DNA of 64,000 nt from an uncultured Pseudomonadota bacterium (GTDB taxonomy: Bacteria; Pseudomonadota; Gammaproteobacteria; Methylococcales; Methylomonadaceae). The position numbers were made by a program, and so were the translations under genes. Of the stretch, positions 47,919 to 58,148 are shown one piece after another. The number at the start of each line of letters is the position of its first letter. Within the stretch, counting starts at the first letter, position 1. The stretch is taken from positions 3,884-67,883 of the forward strand of contig CAINDC010000196.1 of the NCBI GenBank assembly GCA_903847275.1. The letters are read 5' to 3'. The notes beneath the pieces were generated by a model, which was not told where the DNA came from, ran no database searches, and worked only from the letters and a program-made list of their open reading frames with translations.

Positions 47919-48230
47919 TTAAGCAGAAATGCCAGTAATTTGGATTTCGGTATAGTATTGACGATGACCAGCAGTTTTCATGTGGTGTTTACGTCTTCTA
48001 AATTTAACAATTTTGATTTTTTTGTGTCTACCTTGAGACAAAACGGTGGCCGTTACTTTTCCGCCTACAATGAAAGGCAAACCCACTTTCACATCGCCGT
48101 TTTCTTCAATCATTAAAACTTTGTCAAATTCGATGCTATCGCCTTCGCCAAGTTCTAATTTTTCTACTTTTAAGTAGGTACCATTCTCTACGCGGTACTG
48201 TTTACCGCCTGTTTCAATTACCGCATACAT
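47919..48230 (-). CDS. rplU: 50S ribosomal protein L21
   Basis: [16 protein letters not shown]; start at ATG 48230 with GGAG RBS. Confidence 0.99.
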   Translation of the reverse strand: MYAVIETGGKQYRVENGTYLKVEKLELGEGDSIEFDKVLMIEENGDVKVGLPFIVGGKVTATVLSQGRHKKIKIVKFRRRKHHMKTAGHRQYYTEIQITGISA

Positions 48231-48280
48231 CGGCGTAAGCTCCATTAAGCATTTAATCTATAAAATATAGTAAGCGTGCG

Positions 48281-48309
48281 ATTATATTTTTATAACGCAG
48301 TTGCGTCAA
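48281..48309 (-). promoter_or_regulatory. Near-consensus sigma70 promoter of rplU-rpmA
   Basis: TTGACG-17 bp-TATAAT then GC-rich discriminator CGCACGC. Confidence 0.85.
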
Positions 48310-48415
48310 TGTTTAGATTAGTTGGCGTTACTTTGAAGATAAAATGTGAATTGTCTTATTTAAATCTATGACTTAAAGTGTTCTCTTTTATATTTTCTTC
48401 TTTGTAACCCTAACC

Positions 48416-49354
48416 ATGAAAACACTTTTTCCGCCTCTTGAACCGTTCAATCATTTCTTTTTAAACGCCAACCATGGACACTCGATTTACGTCGAACAAT
48501 GTGGCAATCCAGAAGGCGTACCGATTGTTTTTTTACACGGAGGTCCTTGTTCTGGGTGTAAACCTGATCATCATCGTTTTTTTGATCCTTCGTATTACCA
48601 CATTATTTTATTTGATCAACGCGGCTGCGGACGCTCATTACCTTTTGGTGAATTGGCTCACAATACGTTACCCGACTTAATCGCCGATATGGAGCGCATT
48701 CGGCAGCATTTGGCGTTAGAAAATTGGATTTTGTTTGGTGGTTCATGGGGTGTCACGCTGGCATTAGCTTACGCACAAAAGCACGTCAAACGGGTACAAG
48801 CGATGATTTTACGCGGCAGTTTTTTAGCGCGATTACAAGATATGCACTGGTTTTTGAGCAATCATGGCGTTTCGCTGATTTACCCTGAAGCATGGCAACA
48901 TTTGATTGATAGCATTCCCGCTGAACACCGCACAGACGATTTAATTGCCGATTTAAATACGATTTTATGGGGCAACGATGAATTAGCCAGTCGGCGCGTA
49001 ACGAAAGCGTGGCAAGCGTGGGGCGGACAAGTGGCGTTGGGCAATGCTTATCAGCCTTACGACTCTCACCTCACTGAACATGATATTAAACAGGTGAAAA
49101 TGGAGCTTCATTACGCTAGAAATCATTATTTTTTAGCTGAAAATGAATTGCTCACACATTGCGAAAAATTACGGCATTTGCCTGTGACGATTATTCATGG
49201 ACAACAAGATTTGGTTTGCCCAATAGAAGCAGGATGGCAATTACATCGTGTTTTACCGCAAGCAAATTACGTTGTATTGCCGAATTCGGGACATATCGCG
49301 CAAGGCGAAGAAATGATTGATGCCTTAGTCAGCGCAACAGAGGCAATAAAATGA
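48416..49354 (+). CDS. pip: Proline iminopeptidase
   Basis: LHGGP, FDQRGCGRS, FGGSWG, C-terminal GH. Confidence 0.93.
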   Translation: MKTLFPPLEPFNHFFLNANHGHSIYVEQCGNPEGVPIVFLHGGPCSGCKPDHHRFFDPSYYHIILFDQRGCGRSLPFGELAHNTLPDLIADMERIRQHLALENWILFGGSWGVTLALAYAQKHVKRVQAMILRGSFLARLQDMHWFLSNHGVSLIYPEAWQHLIDSIPAEHRTDDLIADLNTILWGNDELASRRVTKAWQAWGGQVALGNAYQPYDSHLTEHDIKQVKMELHYARNHYFLAENELLTHCEKLRHLPVTIIHGQQDLVCPIEAGWQLHRVLPQANYVVLPNSGHIAQGEEMIDALVSATEAIK

Positions 49355-49371
49355 TAATCCGACAGAATTAA

Positions 49372-49405
49372 ATGTCACAACGTCGTCATGGAAATAACCT
49401 ATGCT
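49372..49405 (+). promoter_or_regulatory. Putative Pho box plus -10 element
   Basis: ATGTCAC-AACG-TCGTCAT (GTCAY half-sites 11 bp apart), then exactly 10 bp, then TATGCT. Confidence 0.6.
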
Positions 49406-49438
49406 GATTCCGTTATTATCCGCATAGGAAAATTTTTC

Positions 49439-51271
49439 ATGTCCGCTCTGCAACAAGAACTTATTTCAATTCTTGAACATAAAAAACTAACTCCCCACTT
49501 TCAACCGATTATTTCATTGACGCAAAAAAAAATTATTGCGTATGAAGCTCTGATTCGTGGACCCTCAAACAGTCCTTTACATAGCCCACTGAATTTGTTT
49601 GATATTGCCGATCGCTATGGTTTAAGTTCACAGTTAGAATTTGTTTGCCGTGGATTAAGCATTCAGCATTTCTCAGAATTTAACTTAGATGCAAAATTAT
49701 TTCTTAATGTTAGCCCACACGTTTTATTACAACCTGAATTTAAAACAGGAGAAACGCTGCGTTATTTAGAACAATTTGGATTGAGTCCCCGTAATGTCGT
49801 CATTGAACTCACCGAACATAAACCAATTGATGATTACGAATTGATGCGTGAAGCCGTAATGCACTATCGAGGCATGGGCTTTGAAATTGCGTTAGACGAT
49901 TTAGGTGCTGGCTATTCGAGTTTACGATTATGGTCAGAATTACTTCCCGAATACGTGAAAATTGATCAGCATTTCATTCAAGAACTACAAAATGATTCGA
50001 TTAAACTTAATTTTGTGCGTTCAATTCAAGGCATTGCCAGCTCATTAAATTGCCATGTAATTGCAGAAGGAGTTGAAACTGAAGCCGAATTTAACGTGAT
50101 TAAACAACTCGGTATTACTCATGGTCAGGGTTATTATTTTGCACGTCCAACCGCTATCCCATTAGTTGAACTCGATGCCAAAATTTTCTTACAAAATAAA
50201 TTTTCCGAAGAAACAAAATCGCATTGGTCAAATTCAACATCTGTCGAAAGTATTGGTCAATTTATTACGCCAATTTCAGCCGAAATGCCAATTAGTGATG
50301 TGATGAATCTATTTCAGCAACATGGCGAATTGTCGATTCTTCCACTGGTCGATTACGATGTAGGTTCGGGTATTATTTTTCGAGATACTTTTCTGTCGAA
50401 ATTATTTTCAAGTCGTTACGGCATGGAATTACATGGTCGAAAACCGATTAAAACGTTTATCGAACAAGTGCCGTTGAGTATTGATTGTAATACGCCGATT
50501 GAATTAGTGAGTCAGCAATTAACATCGACTATGCGCCATGAACAGGCGTTTCTCATTACTCGTGAAAATAAATACATCGGTGTAGCGACGATTTTATCGC
50601 TGTTAGAAAAAATCACCACGCAACAAATTGACAACGCAAAACACGCGAATCCACTGACATTATTACCTGGCAGCGTGCCGATAAATGAACAGATAAATCA
50701 ATTGCTCGCGAGTAAAACACCGTTTGCATTTGGTTATTTTGATTTAGATAATTTCAAACCATTTAATGATATTTATAGCTACAGTGCGGGCGATGACATT
50801 ATCAAAGCGGTGGCAACGGCTTTGACACAATGCGTTCCTCCTGAAAGCGGTCGTATTGGGCATATTGGTGGCGATGATTTTATTGTTATTTTTACAGGTG
50901 ATGATTGGTTAGAACGTTCTCAAAAAGTTCTCACCACGTTTGAAGCAATGGTGCCGAATTATTACACGTCCACTGATGTTGATGCGGGCGGTATTCAAGC
51001 AGAAAATCGTAAAGGTGAAAAATGCTTTTTCCCATTGACCAGTTTGTCCGTTGGTTTAGTTTCACCTGCAACGACAGCGCATTGCCAATCACATGTCGAT
51101 ATTGCTGATTTAGCGTCGGAATCTAAAAAAATGGCAAAAAAAATTGACGGAAATAGTTATTTCGTCAATCACCGTCAAAGTCCTAAAACCTTAGAAATCA
51201 TCAACATCAATGATGATAATGTCAGCTTTCAAGAACGTAGCACTGTGGTAAAGTTGCACGCGACACGATGA
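49439..51271 (+). CDS. EAL-CBS-GGDEF cyclic-di-GMP metabolising protein
   Basis: YEALIRG, DDLGAGYSSL, central CBS pair, DLDNFK...GHIGGDDF; start at ATG 49439. Confidence 0.93.
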   Translation: MSALQQELISILEHKKLTPHFQPIISLTQKKIIAYEALIRGPSNSPLHSPLNLFDIADRYGLSSQLEFVCRGLSIQHFSEFNLDAKLFLNVSPHVLLQPEFKTGETLRYLEQFGLSPRNVVIELTEHKPIDDYELMREAVMHYRGMGFEIALDDLGAGYSSLRLWSELLPEYVKIDQHFIQELQNDSIKLNFVRSIQGIASSLNCHVIAEGVETEAEFNVIKQLGITHGQGYYFARPTAIPLVELDAKIFLQNKFSEETKSHWSNSTSVESIGQFITPISAEMPISDVMNLFQQHGELSILPLVDYDVGSGIIFRDTFLSKLFSSRYGMELHGRKPIKTFIEQVPLSIDCNTPIELVSQQLTSTMRHEQAFLITRENKYIGVATILSLLEKITTQQIDNAKHANPLTLLPGSVPINEQINQLLASKTPFAFGYFDLDNFKPFNDIYSYSAGDDIIKAVATALTQCVPPESGRIGHIGGDDFIVIFTGDDWLERSQKVLTTFEAMVPNYYTSTDVDAGGIQAENRKGEKCFFPLTSLSVGLVSPATTAHCQSHVDIADLASESKKMAKKIDGNSYFVNHRQSPKTLEIININDDNVSFQERSTVVKLHATR

Positions 51272-51301
51272 AAACTTTCAAGAAAACGCTTAAAAAAATT
51301 T

Positions 51302-51712
51302 ATGATAAATGCTTGCGAATCAAGTGATTTAATTAAAAGTCACGCAAAATGGAAAATGAAATTAGCAACAGCCGTTGCCTGTGCTGAATGGCTTGATGTA
51401 GAAAATATCGCTAAGGATAATTGCTGTACGCTTGGTAAATGGTTGAATAGTGAAGACACTGTTTTGAAAATTAGTGAATTACATCATTATCGGGATTGTG
51501 TTGAAAAACATACGGAATTTCACATTGAAGCAGCCAAAATCGCAGAAATGATTAACACAAAAAGAAATGATGAAGCCATATCGCTATTACACTGTAATGC
51601 GTCGGCGTTTAATTCAATTTCCAATGCTGTGATTTTATCGATTTTTTTACTTTTTCAAGAATTAGAAGCAATGACTGATTTATCAGAAGATTTTAAGATG
51701 TTGGAAACATGA
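51302..51712 (+). CDS. Stand-alone CZB (chemoreceptor zinc-binding) domain protein
   Basis: H..WK, C.LGKWL, KHTEFH zinc-ligand pattern. Confidence 0.85.
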   Translation: MINACESSDLIKSHAKWKMKLATAVACAEWLDVENIAKDNCCTLGKWLNSEDTVLKISELHHYRDCVEKHTEFHIEAAKIAEMINTKRNDEAISLLHCNASAFNSISNAVILSIFLLFQELEAMTDLSEDFKMLET

Positions 51713-52925
51713 ATTTGTAAACTTTTAAGGATTTATTTTTTCCTTTTAATTGGCATTCGCCGACCACTTCAAATTCGTAAAGATGATTGACGTAATTGTA
51801 CGATTGCTCACTGATTAAAATACGACATGGATGATTGGAATTTGGGGTTGCAATCGCTTTATCAAAACCTTCCAAACGCGCAGCAGTATTTACAGTGTCG
51901 CCAATCACAGTATATTCCATTCGTCCCACTCCGCCCAAACTACCAGCAACAAGTGAACCCGTACAAATACCCGTCCGCATAGTAATCACAGGCAAACCCT
52001 CTTGCTGCCATTTTCGATTAAGTTCACATAAACGCTTATCAAATTGCATCGCACATTGCACTGCATTAACGGCATCATTAGTAATCTCAACTTCCGTTTC
52101 ACTTTTTATCGGCGCACCAAAAATTGCCATAATAGCGTCGCCCATGTATTTGTTAATCACACCTCCATGGTCACTAATGATGCGACTCATTTCCGCCATA
52201 TATTCATTCAACCATTCCATCAAAATCAATGGATTCATGCTTTCTGCAATCACAGTGAAATCAGAAATATCGGTAAAAAGAATGGTTGCAACTAAGGTAT
52301 CTGGGCGCACACCGCCTTTATTAAAAAATTGTTCACGATCTTCCCACAACTTTTTGGCAATTTCAGGAGAAACATGACAAGAGAATAATTGCATAAGCTC
52401 GTCATGCTCAACGTGTTCCAAATGCGAAAAATAAAGTGTATTGAGTACTGAATCCATTTCTTCATTTGGTATTTCCGATACCGATAGCAATGCCGACAAT
52501 GGTGTTAAATTTTTTTCGGCATCAATATGTTGTTTGGTAGTCGTTTCTAATAACGATAAAACGGTAGATACACCAAAATACAAACCATCGCGAGTAATAA
52601 TAAAGGCTGGCTCGCTATACATTGTCAAAATTAATTGTTCCGTTGCTGATTTCAATGTGGTTTGAAAATTCATGCTTAACGGAATTTTGTCGATGAAAAT
52701 CGAAATCGGTTTTTGACCATGTAATGCAATGCTGTAACGATTCATAAACACTTTGGGCAAAAAAGAATCGCGATAAATAATGCCTGTTGCCACATTATCA
52801 GCAGCGATTAACGGTAGGATATTTAAGCAATCATTCTGTTGGAAAAGAGTCAGTACATCAATAATCAGTGTGTCTTCAGAAATTGCTAAGACGGGTTGGC
52901 TAATCGTTTCTAACATTTGATTCAT
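51693..52925 (-). CDS. CBS-pair + class III adenylate/guanylate cyclase
   Basis: FTDISDFT, KYMGDAIMA, EYTVIGDTVNTAARLE, LKGK; N-terminal CBS-like pair. Start estimated at ATG 52925. Confidence 0.92.
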   Translation of the reverse strand: MNQMLETISQPVLAISEDTLIIDVLTLFQQNDCLNILPLIAADNVATGIIYRDSFLPKVFMNRYSIALHGQKPISIFIDKIPLSMNFQTTLKSATEQLILTMYSEPAFIITRDGLYFGVSTVLSLLETTTKQHIDAEKNLTPLSALLSVSEIPNEEMDSVLNTLYFSHLEHVEHDELMQLFSCHVSPEIAKKLWEDREQFFNKGGVRPDTLVATILFTDISDFTVIAESMNPLILMEWLNEYMAEMSRIISDHGGVINKYMGDAIMAIFGAPIKSETEVEITNDAVNAVQCAMQFDKRLCELNRKWQQEGLPVITMRTGICTGSLVAGSLGGVGRMEYTVIGDTVNTAARLEGFDKAIATPNSNHPCRILISEQSYNYVNHLYEFEVVGECQLKGKNKSLKVYKFMFPTS

Positions 52926-52941
52926 CTTGTTATTCAACTTT

Positions 52942-52964
52942 GGATTGCGTAAAAAACGCAATCC
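52942..52964. other. Perfect hairpin downstream of the mtdB pair
   Basis: GGATTGCGT-aaaaa-ACGCAATCC; no clear U tract. Confidence 0.6.
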
Positions 52965-52981
52965 GCATCTCGAATTTGATT

Positions 52982-53884
52982 TTACTTCAACATTTCTCGC
53001 GCTTTAATAAACGCATCACGGAAATCTAAATATACTGGTTTTTCTGTTTCCAACATTGAAGCCAAAAGCGCGTGTTGAATTTGATATTTCACATCGCCAA
53101 TTGCTAATGCACCGACTCCGACTGCATTACAATGTGTCGCATGAATTAACGGTGCGCCAACATCACCACGATCAACACCTTCAATACCCGCAGGCGGTAC
53201 GGCATTGACATCACCTGCTACTTTTAGCTGCGTGACTTCTTTTAAAATCGTCGCATTCAATACTTGAACGCCTGCTTTTGCAGTACAAAAAATCACGTCT
53301 ACATCTTTTAATAATTCGATTTTCTCTTTATCGAAACTTGCTACGGCCGCTTTTAAATTACAACCAAAACGACGGTTATAAAGCGTTGCTATATCAGCAG
53401 CTGTGTCTAAATATAAATGATCAACAATGGTGGTGTCTGCGCCCGCAAGTGATGCAATAATTCCCGTTGCAATCCCAACAGGACCTGTACCACCAAAAAC
53501 AACCGCTTTACAACCAGCTAATTCTTTACCGTGTTTTTCTCGCAATTCTCTTTCAACACAGGCTACTAATGCCGCAGACGTTGTAAATGCTCCGCTTGGG
53601 TCGGCAAATACTGAAATTGCAAACGGTGACATCATCGCTTGTTTTGCTTCATTGAACATATCAATCGCTAAACCTAAATGTCGTCCACCAATAAATAGTG
53701 CTGTGCGTTTCAATCCCGCAGGACTGCGTGAAAAAATGGCATCTTGCGTCAAACCGTGAACGTTTTCTAATTTCACATTGTTATACGGCATCAAAAGATC
53801 AAAGCCTGCATCAACCGCCATGTTAATATCGAAAGGACTATTATTTGGCATTGGATCAAGCATGTGCAGAATACTACGTTTCAT
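52982..53884 (-). CDS. mtdB: Methylene-tetrahydromethanopterin dehydrogenase (MtdB-like, copy 2)
   Basis: SPFDINMAVDAG, QDAIFSR, FADPSGAFTT, GGTGPVG, DVNAVPP, GALAIGDVKY. Confidence 0.88.
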   Translation of the reverse strand: MKRSILHMLDPMPNNSPFDINMAVDAGFDLLMPYNNVKLENVHGLTQDAIFSRSPAGLKRTALFIGGRHLGLAIDMFNEAKQAMMSPFAISVFADPSGAFTTSAALVACVERELREKHGKELAGCKAVVFGGTGPVGIATGIIASLAGADTTIVDHLYLDTAADIATLYNRRFGCNLKAAVASFDKEKIELLKDVDVIFCTAKAGVQVLNATILKEVTQLKVAGDVNAVPPAGIEGVDRGDVGAPLIHATHCNAVGVGALAIGDVKYQIQHALLASMLETEKPVYLDFRDAFIKAREMLK

Positions 53885-53895
53885 AAAATTCCCGA

Positions 53896-54813
53896 TTAAG
53901 ACGATGCTTGAGTAGATTTAATATATTCACGCGCGACTTCAAAAGCGTGTTCAAAATGTAAATAAATGGGTTTAATACTTACAATCATGCGTTTTAATAA
54001 CAAATTTTGGGTTTGATATTTCACATTACCAATCGCTAATGCACCAATACCCACCGCGCCACTCGTTGAACTTTCAATAGCCGCACCATCATGAAACGCA
54101 TCAACTCCTGAAATACCTGCGGGAGGTACAGCATTTACATCAGCAGCGACTTTTAACAGTGATGCAGAAGCAATCAATTCTGCGCTCAATAATTCAATAC
54201 CCGCTGCACCCGTTGCAAACACCACATCTGCTGTTTTGATATATTCGCCTTTATCAGCATCTGCGCCTGCAAGAATGTTAGTTTGACCTTCACCAAACTC
54301 ACTGTTACACAAATCGGCAATGTGTTGCGCCTTTTCTAATTGACGACCAACAATGCGAACGTTTGCGCCTGCTTTTGCTGCAATAACAGCAGCAGCTTGA
54401 CCGACAGGACCCGTGCCACCTAACGCCAAAATATTTTTGCCTTCAAGCGTCGTATTAAATTTAGTTTTTAATTCGCGTTCGATGATAGCCACCATTGCAG
54501 CAGCAGTCGTAAATGCACCACTTGGATCAGCAAAAACAGACACTTCAAAAGGCGGAATCATTGAGCGTTTCGCGATTTTCAACATATCCATCGCTTGTTT
54601 CGTGTCACGTCCACCGATAAAAATACTGGTGCGTTTTAAGTTTTTGGCACTGCGCGAGAAAATTACATCTTGAACCAAACCTTGAATTTCACTGGCTTCG
54701 ATATTGGTGTACGGAATGGCAGAAATCCAACCTGCATCCATCGCCATATTGACATCAAATGGACTAAGATTTTTAGCGGTGGTGAGCATGTGTAAAATGA
54801 ATGGCTTTTCCAT
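53896..54813 (-). CDS. mtdB: Methylene-tetrahydromethanopterin dehydrogenase (MtdB-like, copy 1)
   Basis: SPFDVNMAMDAG, QDVIFSR, FADPSGAFTT, GGTGPVG, GALAIGNVKY. Confidence 0.9.
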   Translation of the reverse strand: MEKPFILHMLTTAKNLSPFDVNMAMDAGWISAIPYTNIEASEIQGLVQDVIFSRSAKNLKRTSIFIGGRDTKQAMDMLKIAKRSMIPPFEVSVFADPSGAFTTAAAMVAIIERELKTKFNTTLEGKNILALGGTGPVGQAAAVIAAKAGANVRIVGRQLEKAQHIADLCNSEFGEGQTNILAGADADKGEYIKTADVVFATGAAGIELLSAELIASASLLKVAADVNAVPPAGISGVDAFHDGAAIESSTSGAVGIGALAIGNVKYQTQNLLLKRMIVSIKPIYLHFEHAFEVAREYIKSTQASS

Positions 54814-54895
54814 GAAAACTCCTGTGTTAAATGAGCTAAACAGTATAAAAGAAAAGGCAAATGATTAAAACCAATTGTGACGTGGGATGGCGGGC

Positions 54896-54983
54896 AAAAA
54901 AATACCGCATCGAAAATTATGATACGGCATTAAGAAAAGAAGGATGTTTAAGACTCTTTCGCCTAGAGGAGCATTTAAAGAGT
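54896..54983 (-). ncRNA. Candidate small regulatory RNA
   Basis: Promoter TTTTCA-17-TAGAAT; 5' stem ACTCTTT/AAAGAGT with CTCCTCT in the loop; pyrimidine-rich linker; terminator ATGCCGTATC/GATGCGGTAT plus T tract. Confidence 0.55.
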
Positions 54984-55019
54984 GGGCGTATTCTAGTCGC
55001 AAATTTTAACATTGAAAAT

Positions 55020-55049
55020 GTGACAAATTGTCGCGTGACAATTTGTCGC
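55020..55049. promoter_or_regulatory. Tandem 15-bp imperfect palindromes, RegA/PrrA/RoxR-box-like
   Basis: GTGACAAATTGTCGC followed directly by GTGACAATTTGTCGC, abutting the -35 of the candidate sRNA. Confidence 0.55.
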
Positions 55050-55059
55050 AGAACTTGAA

Positions 55060-55857
55060 TTACAAGGCTTCAACAACTTTTCGACTAACGACATTTGCCA
55101 TCAATGCAAAATCTCTTAAACTGATATTTTCAGCGCGTAAACTCGCATCAATTCCCAGTGCGGTAATTTCAGCTTCTGATAATGAATTTTTTAATGAATT
55201 TCGCAACGTTTTACGACGTTGTGAAAATGCTTCTGTGACGATTTTACCAAGCATTTTTACGTCATCAACTTCAACGGGCGGTTGTGTGTGTGGTACTAAT
55301 CGAACCATTGCCGACATCACTTTCGGAATAGGATTAAAACTTTCTGGCGGTACATCGAACAACCATTCCGTCGCGCAATAATACTGCATCATCACACTCA
55401 AACGCCCGTAAGAATTGCCATTTGGTTTAGCGCAAATACGATTTACCACTTCTTTTTGTAACATAAAAATCATGTCCGCAATGCAATCTGTCGTTTCGAG
55501 CAAATGAAACATCAACGGCGTTGAAATGTTGTATGGTAAATTACCGATAATATGGAGTTTTTCACCTTCAGGCGCGAGTGCCGCGAAATCAAATCGCAAT
55601 GCGTCCGCGCTGTGAATGTTTAAGTTCGTTTGTGCAGCGAATTTATATTCCAACCATTTCACCAAATCACGATCGAGTTCAACTACGTCTAAATGTGTAA
55701 CTTTTTTAAGCAACGGTTCAGTTAATGCGCCCTGCCCTGCACCGATTTCAACCCAACGTTGACCATTGCGAATCATCGCGTTACCGACAATGTTATTGAT
55801 GATATTTTGATCTGTCAGAAAATTCTGACCGAATCGTTTGCGTGCTTGATGCGCCAT
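55060..55857 (-). CDS. rsmA: 16S rRNA adenine dimethyltransferase (KsgA)
   Basis: RKRFGQNFL, EIGAGQG, GNLPYNIS. Confidence 0.98.
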   Translation of the reverse strand: MAHQARKRFGQNFLTDQNIINNIVGNAMIRNGQRWVEIGAGQGALTEPLLKKVTHLDVVELDRDLVKWLEYKFAAQTNLNIHSADALRFDFAALAPEGEKLHIIGNLPYNISTPLMFHLLETTDCIADMIFMLQKEVVNRICAKPNGNSYGRLSVMMQYYCATEWLFDVPPESFNPIPKVMSAMVRLVPHTQPPVEVDDVKMLGKIVTEAFSQRRKTLRNSLKNSLSEAEITALGIDASLRAENISLRDFALMANVVSRKVVEAL

Positions 55858-56834
55858 TACGAGTTGCTCATTGTGATTGCTGTTTGCAGTGCGTATTGCA
55901 AACTGCCCAAATCCGCTTTATTTGTCCCAGCCAAATCTAATGCTGTTCCGTGATCAACAGATGTACGAATAATCGGCAAACCGAGTGTGACATTAACCGC
56001 TTTACCGAAACCTTTGTATTTCAAAACGGGTAATCCTTGATCGTGATACATTGCCAAAACTGCGTCAGCATCTTGTAAATATTTATTCGTGAATAACGTA
56101 TCAGCAGGTAACGCGCCTTCTAAATCCATACCTTCGGCACGAAGTTTTTCTAAAATTGGATTGATAATGTCGATTTCTTCGCGCCCCAAATAACCGTTTT
56201 CACCCGCGTGTGGATTCAAGCCGCACACTAAAATTTTCGGTTGTTCGATATGAAAACGTGTTTTTAAATCACGATGTAAAATTCGTAACGTTTTTTCGAT
56301 GAGTTCAGGCGTAATCGCTGCGCTAACTTTTGATAATGGCAAATGTGTTGTGGCTAATGCCACACGCAAACCTTCTGTCGCCAACATCATTACAGGGTGT
56401 CCGCCCGTTTGTTCGGCAATATATTCCGTGTGACCTGTGAATGCAAAACCCGCTTCGTTAATCACACCTTTATGAACGGGAGCCGTGACCATTGCTGCAA
56501 ATGTTTTATTTAAACAACCTTGTGTGGCACGATCTAAAAGCTCAAGAACATAGTGACTATTTTCACGATTCAACACGCCAGCTTCTACAGGAACTTTCAA
56601 GGCGACAGGCAAAATTGTTAAATGTCCACACGGCAAAATTGTTTTCGGTTTGCTTGGGTCGAAATGATGCAGCGTGAGAGGTAAATTCAATTTTTTGGCA
56701 CGTTGTTGAAGTAATTCAGCATCGGCTAAAACAATTAATTCGCACGCTGGCAAAAGATTCTGAACCAATCGAATACACAAATCTACACCAATGCCAGCAG
56801 GTTCACCAGCGGTTAAAGCAATGCGTGGCAACAT
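55857..56834 (-). CDS. pdxA: 4-hydroxythreonine-4-phosphate dehydrogenase
   Basis: [34 protein letters not shown]. Confidence 0.98.
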   Translation of the reverse strand: MLPRIALTAGEPAGIGVDLCIRLVQNLLPACELIVLADAELLQQRAKKLNLPLTLHHFDPSKPKTILPCGHLTILPVALKVPVEAGVLNRENSHYVLELLDRATQGCLNKTFAAMVTAPVHKGVINEAGFAFTGHTEYIAEQTGGHPVMMLATEGLRVALATTHLPLSKVSAAITPELIEKTLRILHRDLKTRFHIEQPKILVCGLNPHAGENGYLGREEIDIINPILEKLRAEGMDLEGALPADTLFTNKYLQDADAVLAMYHDQGLPVLKYKGFGKAVNVTLGLPIIRTSVDHGTALDLAGTNKADLGSLQYALQTAITMSNS

Positions 56835-58057
56835 TATTCAGATTTCCCATAATGTGTTTCGATGTAGCGTTCAACAATCGCTTGAAATTCTTCGGCAATG
56901 AAATCGCCTTTTAACGTCACCGTTTTTTCACCGTCTTCATAAACAGGTGCAACAGGTGATTCACCCGTACCAGGTAAACTGATGCCGATATTTGCGTTTT
57001 TGCTTTCACCAGGTCCATTCACAACGCAACCCATCACTGCAACTTCCATTGATTCAACGCCCGCGTATTTTTCACGCCAAACAGGCATTTGATCACGCAA
57101 AAAAGTTTGAATGTTTAACGCTAATTTTTGGAAATAATCGCTCGTTGTGCGCCCACAACCTGGGCAAGAAATGACCATCGGTGTAAATGCTCGAAAACCC
57201 ATAGTTTGCAAAATTTCTTGTCCAACAATCACTTCTTGTGTGCGTGACGTTCCTGGTTCTGGCGTAAGTGAAATCCGAATCGTATCGCCAATACCTTGTT
57301 GCATTAGTACAGATAACGCCGCTGCCGATGACACAATACCTTTTGAACCCATGCCCGCTTCAGTCAAACCTAAATGCAGCGCGTAATCACAACGTGACGA
57401 CAAATCTTCATAAATCGAAATCAATTCTTGAACGTTGCTAATTTTGCACGACAGAATAATTTTATCTTTACCAAGTCCAATTTCTTCCGCTTTCGCGGCA
57501 CTTTCTAACGCAGATAAAACAATCGCTTTTCGTGCTACAGCCCCTAGCGGTTCGGGTTGAGCAAGTTGACGATTTTCATCGAGTAAACGTGTTAAAACCG
57601 ATTGATCCAAACTGCCACCATTCACACCGATTCGCACGGGTTTATTGTATTGGCACGCAAATTCAATCATTTGTTGAAATTGTGGGTCACGCGATTTTCC
57701 GCGTCCGACATTACCTGGATTGATGCGGTATTTATCTAACGCCGCCGCACAATCAGGATATTTTTCGAGTAATTTATGTCCGTTAAAATGAAAATCTCCA
57801 ACAATCGGCACGAAACAACTTTTAGCTACTAATTGTTCTTTAATTGACGTTACGGCAGCTGCCGCGTCTTCAGAATTGACCGTAATTCGCACCATTTCTG
57901 AACCCGCTTTCGCCAATTCCATGATTTGATTAACGGTTGCTTTGATGTTGACTGTGTCAGTGTTTGTCATGGATTGCACCACAATGGGTGCGCCGCCGCC
58001 AACCTTTACATTGCCGACTAAAACTTGTTGAGTGATTTTTCTGAGGCGTTTGGACAT
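56834..58057 (-). CDS. ispG: HMBPP synthase (4Fe-4S)
   Basis: [37 protein letters not shown]; start at ATG 58057. Confidence 0.97.
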   Translation of the reverse strand: MSKRLRKITQQVLVGNVKVGGGAPIVVQSMTNTDTVNIKATVNQIMELAKAGSEMVRITVNSEDAAAAVTSIKEQLVAKSCFVPIVGDFHFNGHKLLEKYPDCAAALDKYRINPGNVGRGKSRDPQFQQMIEFACQYNKPVRIGVNGGSLDQSVLTRLLDENRQLAQPEPLGAVARKAIVLSALESAAKAEEIGLGKDKIILSCKISNVQELISIYEDLSSRCDYALHLGLTEAGMGSKGIVSSAAALSVLMQQGIGDTIRISLTPEPGTSRTQEVIVGQEILQTMGFRAFTPMVISCPGCGRTTSDYFQKLALNIQTFLRDQMPVWREKYAGVESMEVAVMGCVVNGPGESKNANIGISLPGTGESPVAPVYEDGEKTVTLKGDFIAEEFQAIVERYIETHYGKSE

Positions 58058-58148
58058 AATGAAATTAAATAAAATTAAGAATGGTAATAATTGTACAGGC
58101 AATTGCTATTTTTTTGTTCTGTGACACACGGTTTATAAACAATCAAAA

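Noticed and set aside
54861..55058. 65-aa plus-strand ORF in the rsmA-mtdB intergenic region
   Set aside because: No recognisable motif; the region is better explained by minus-strand promoter, hairpins and terminator.
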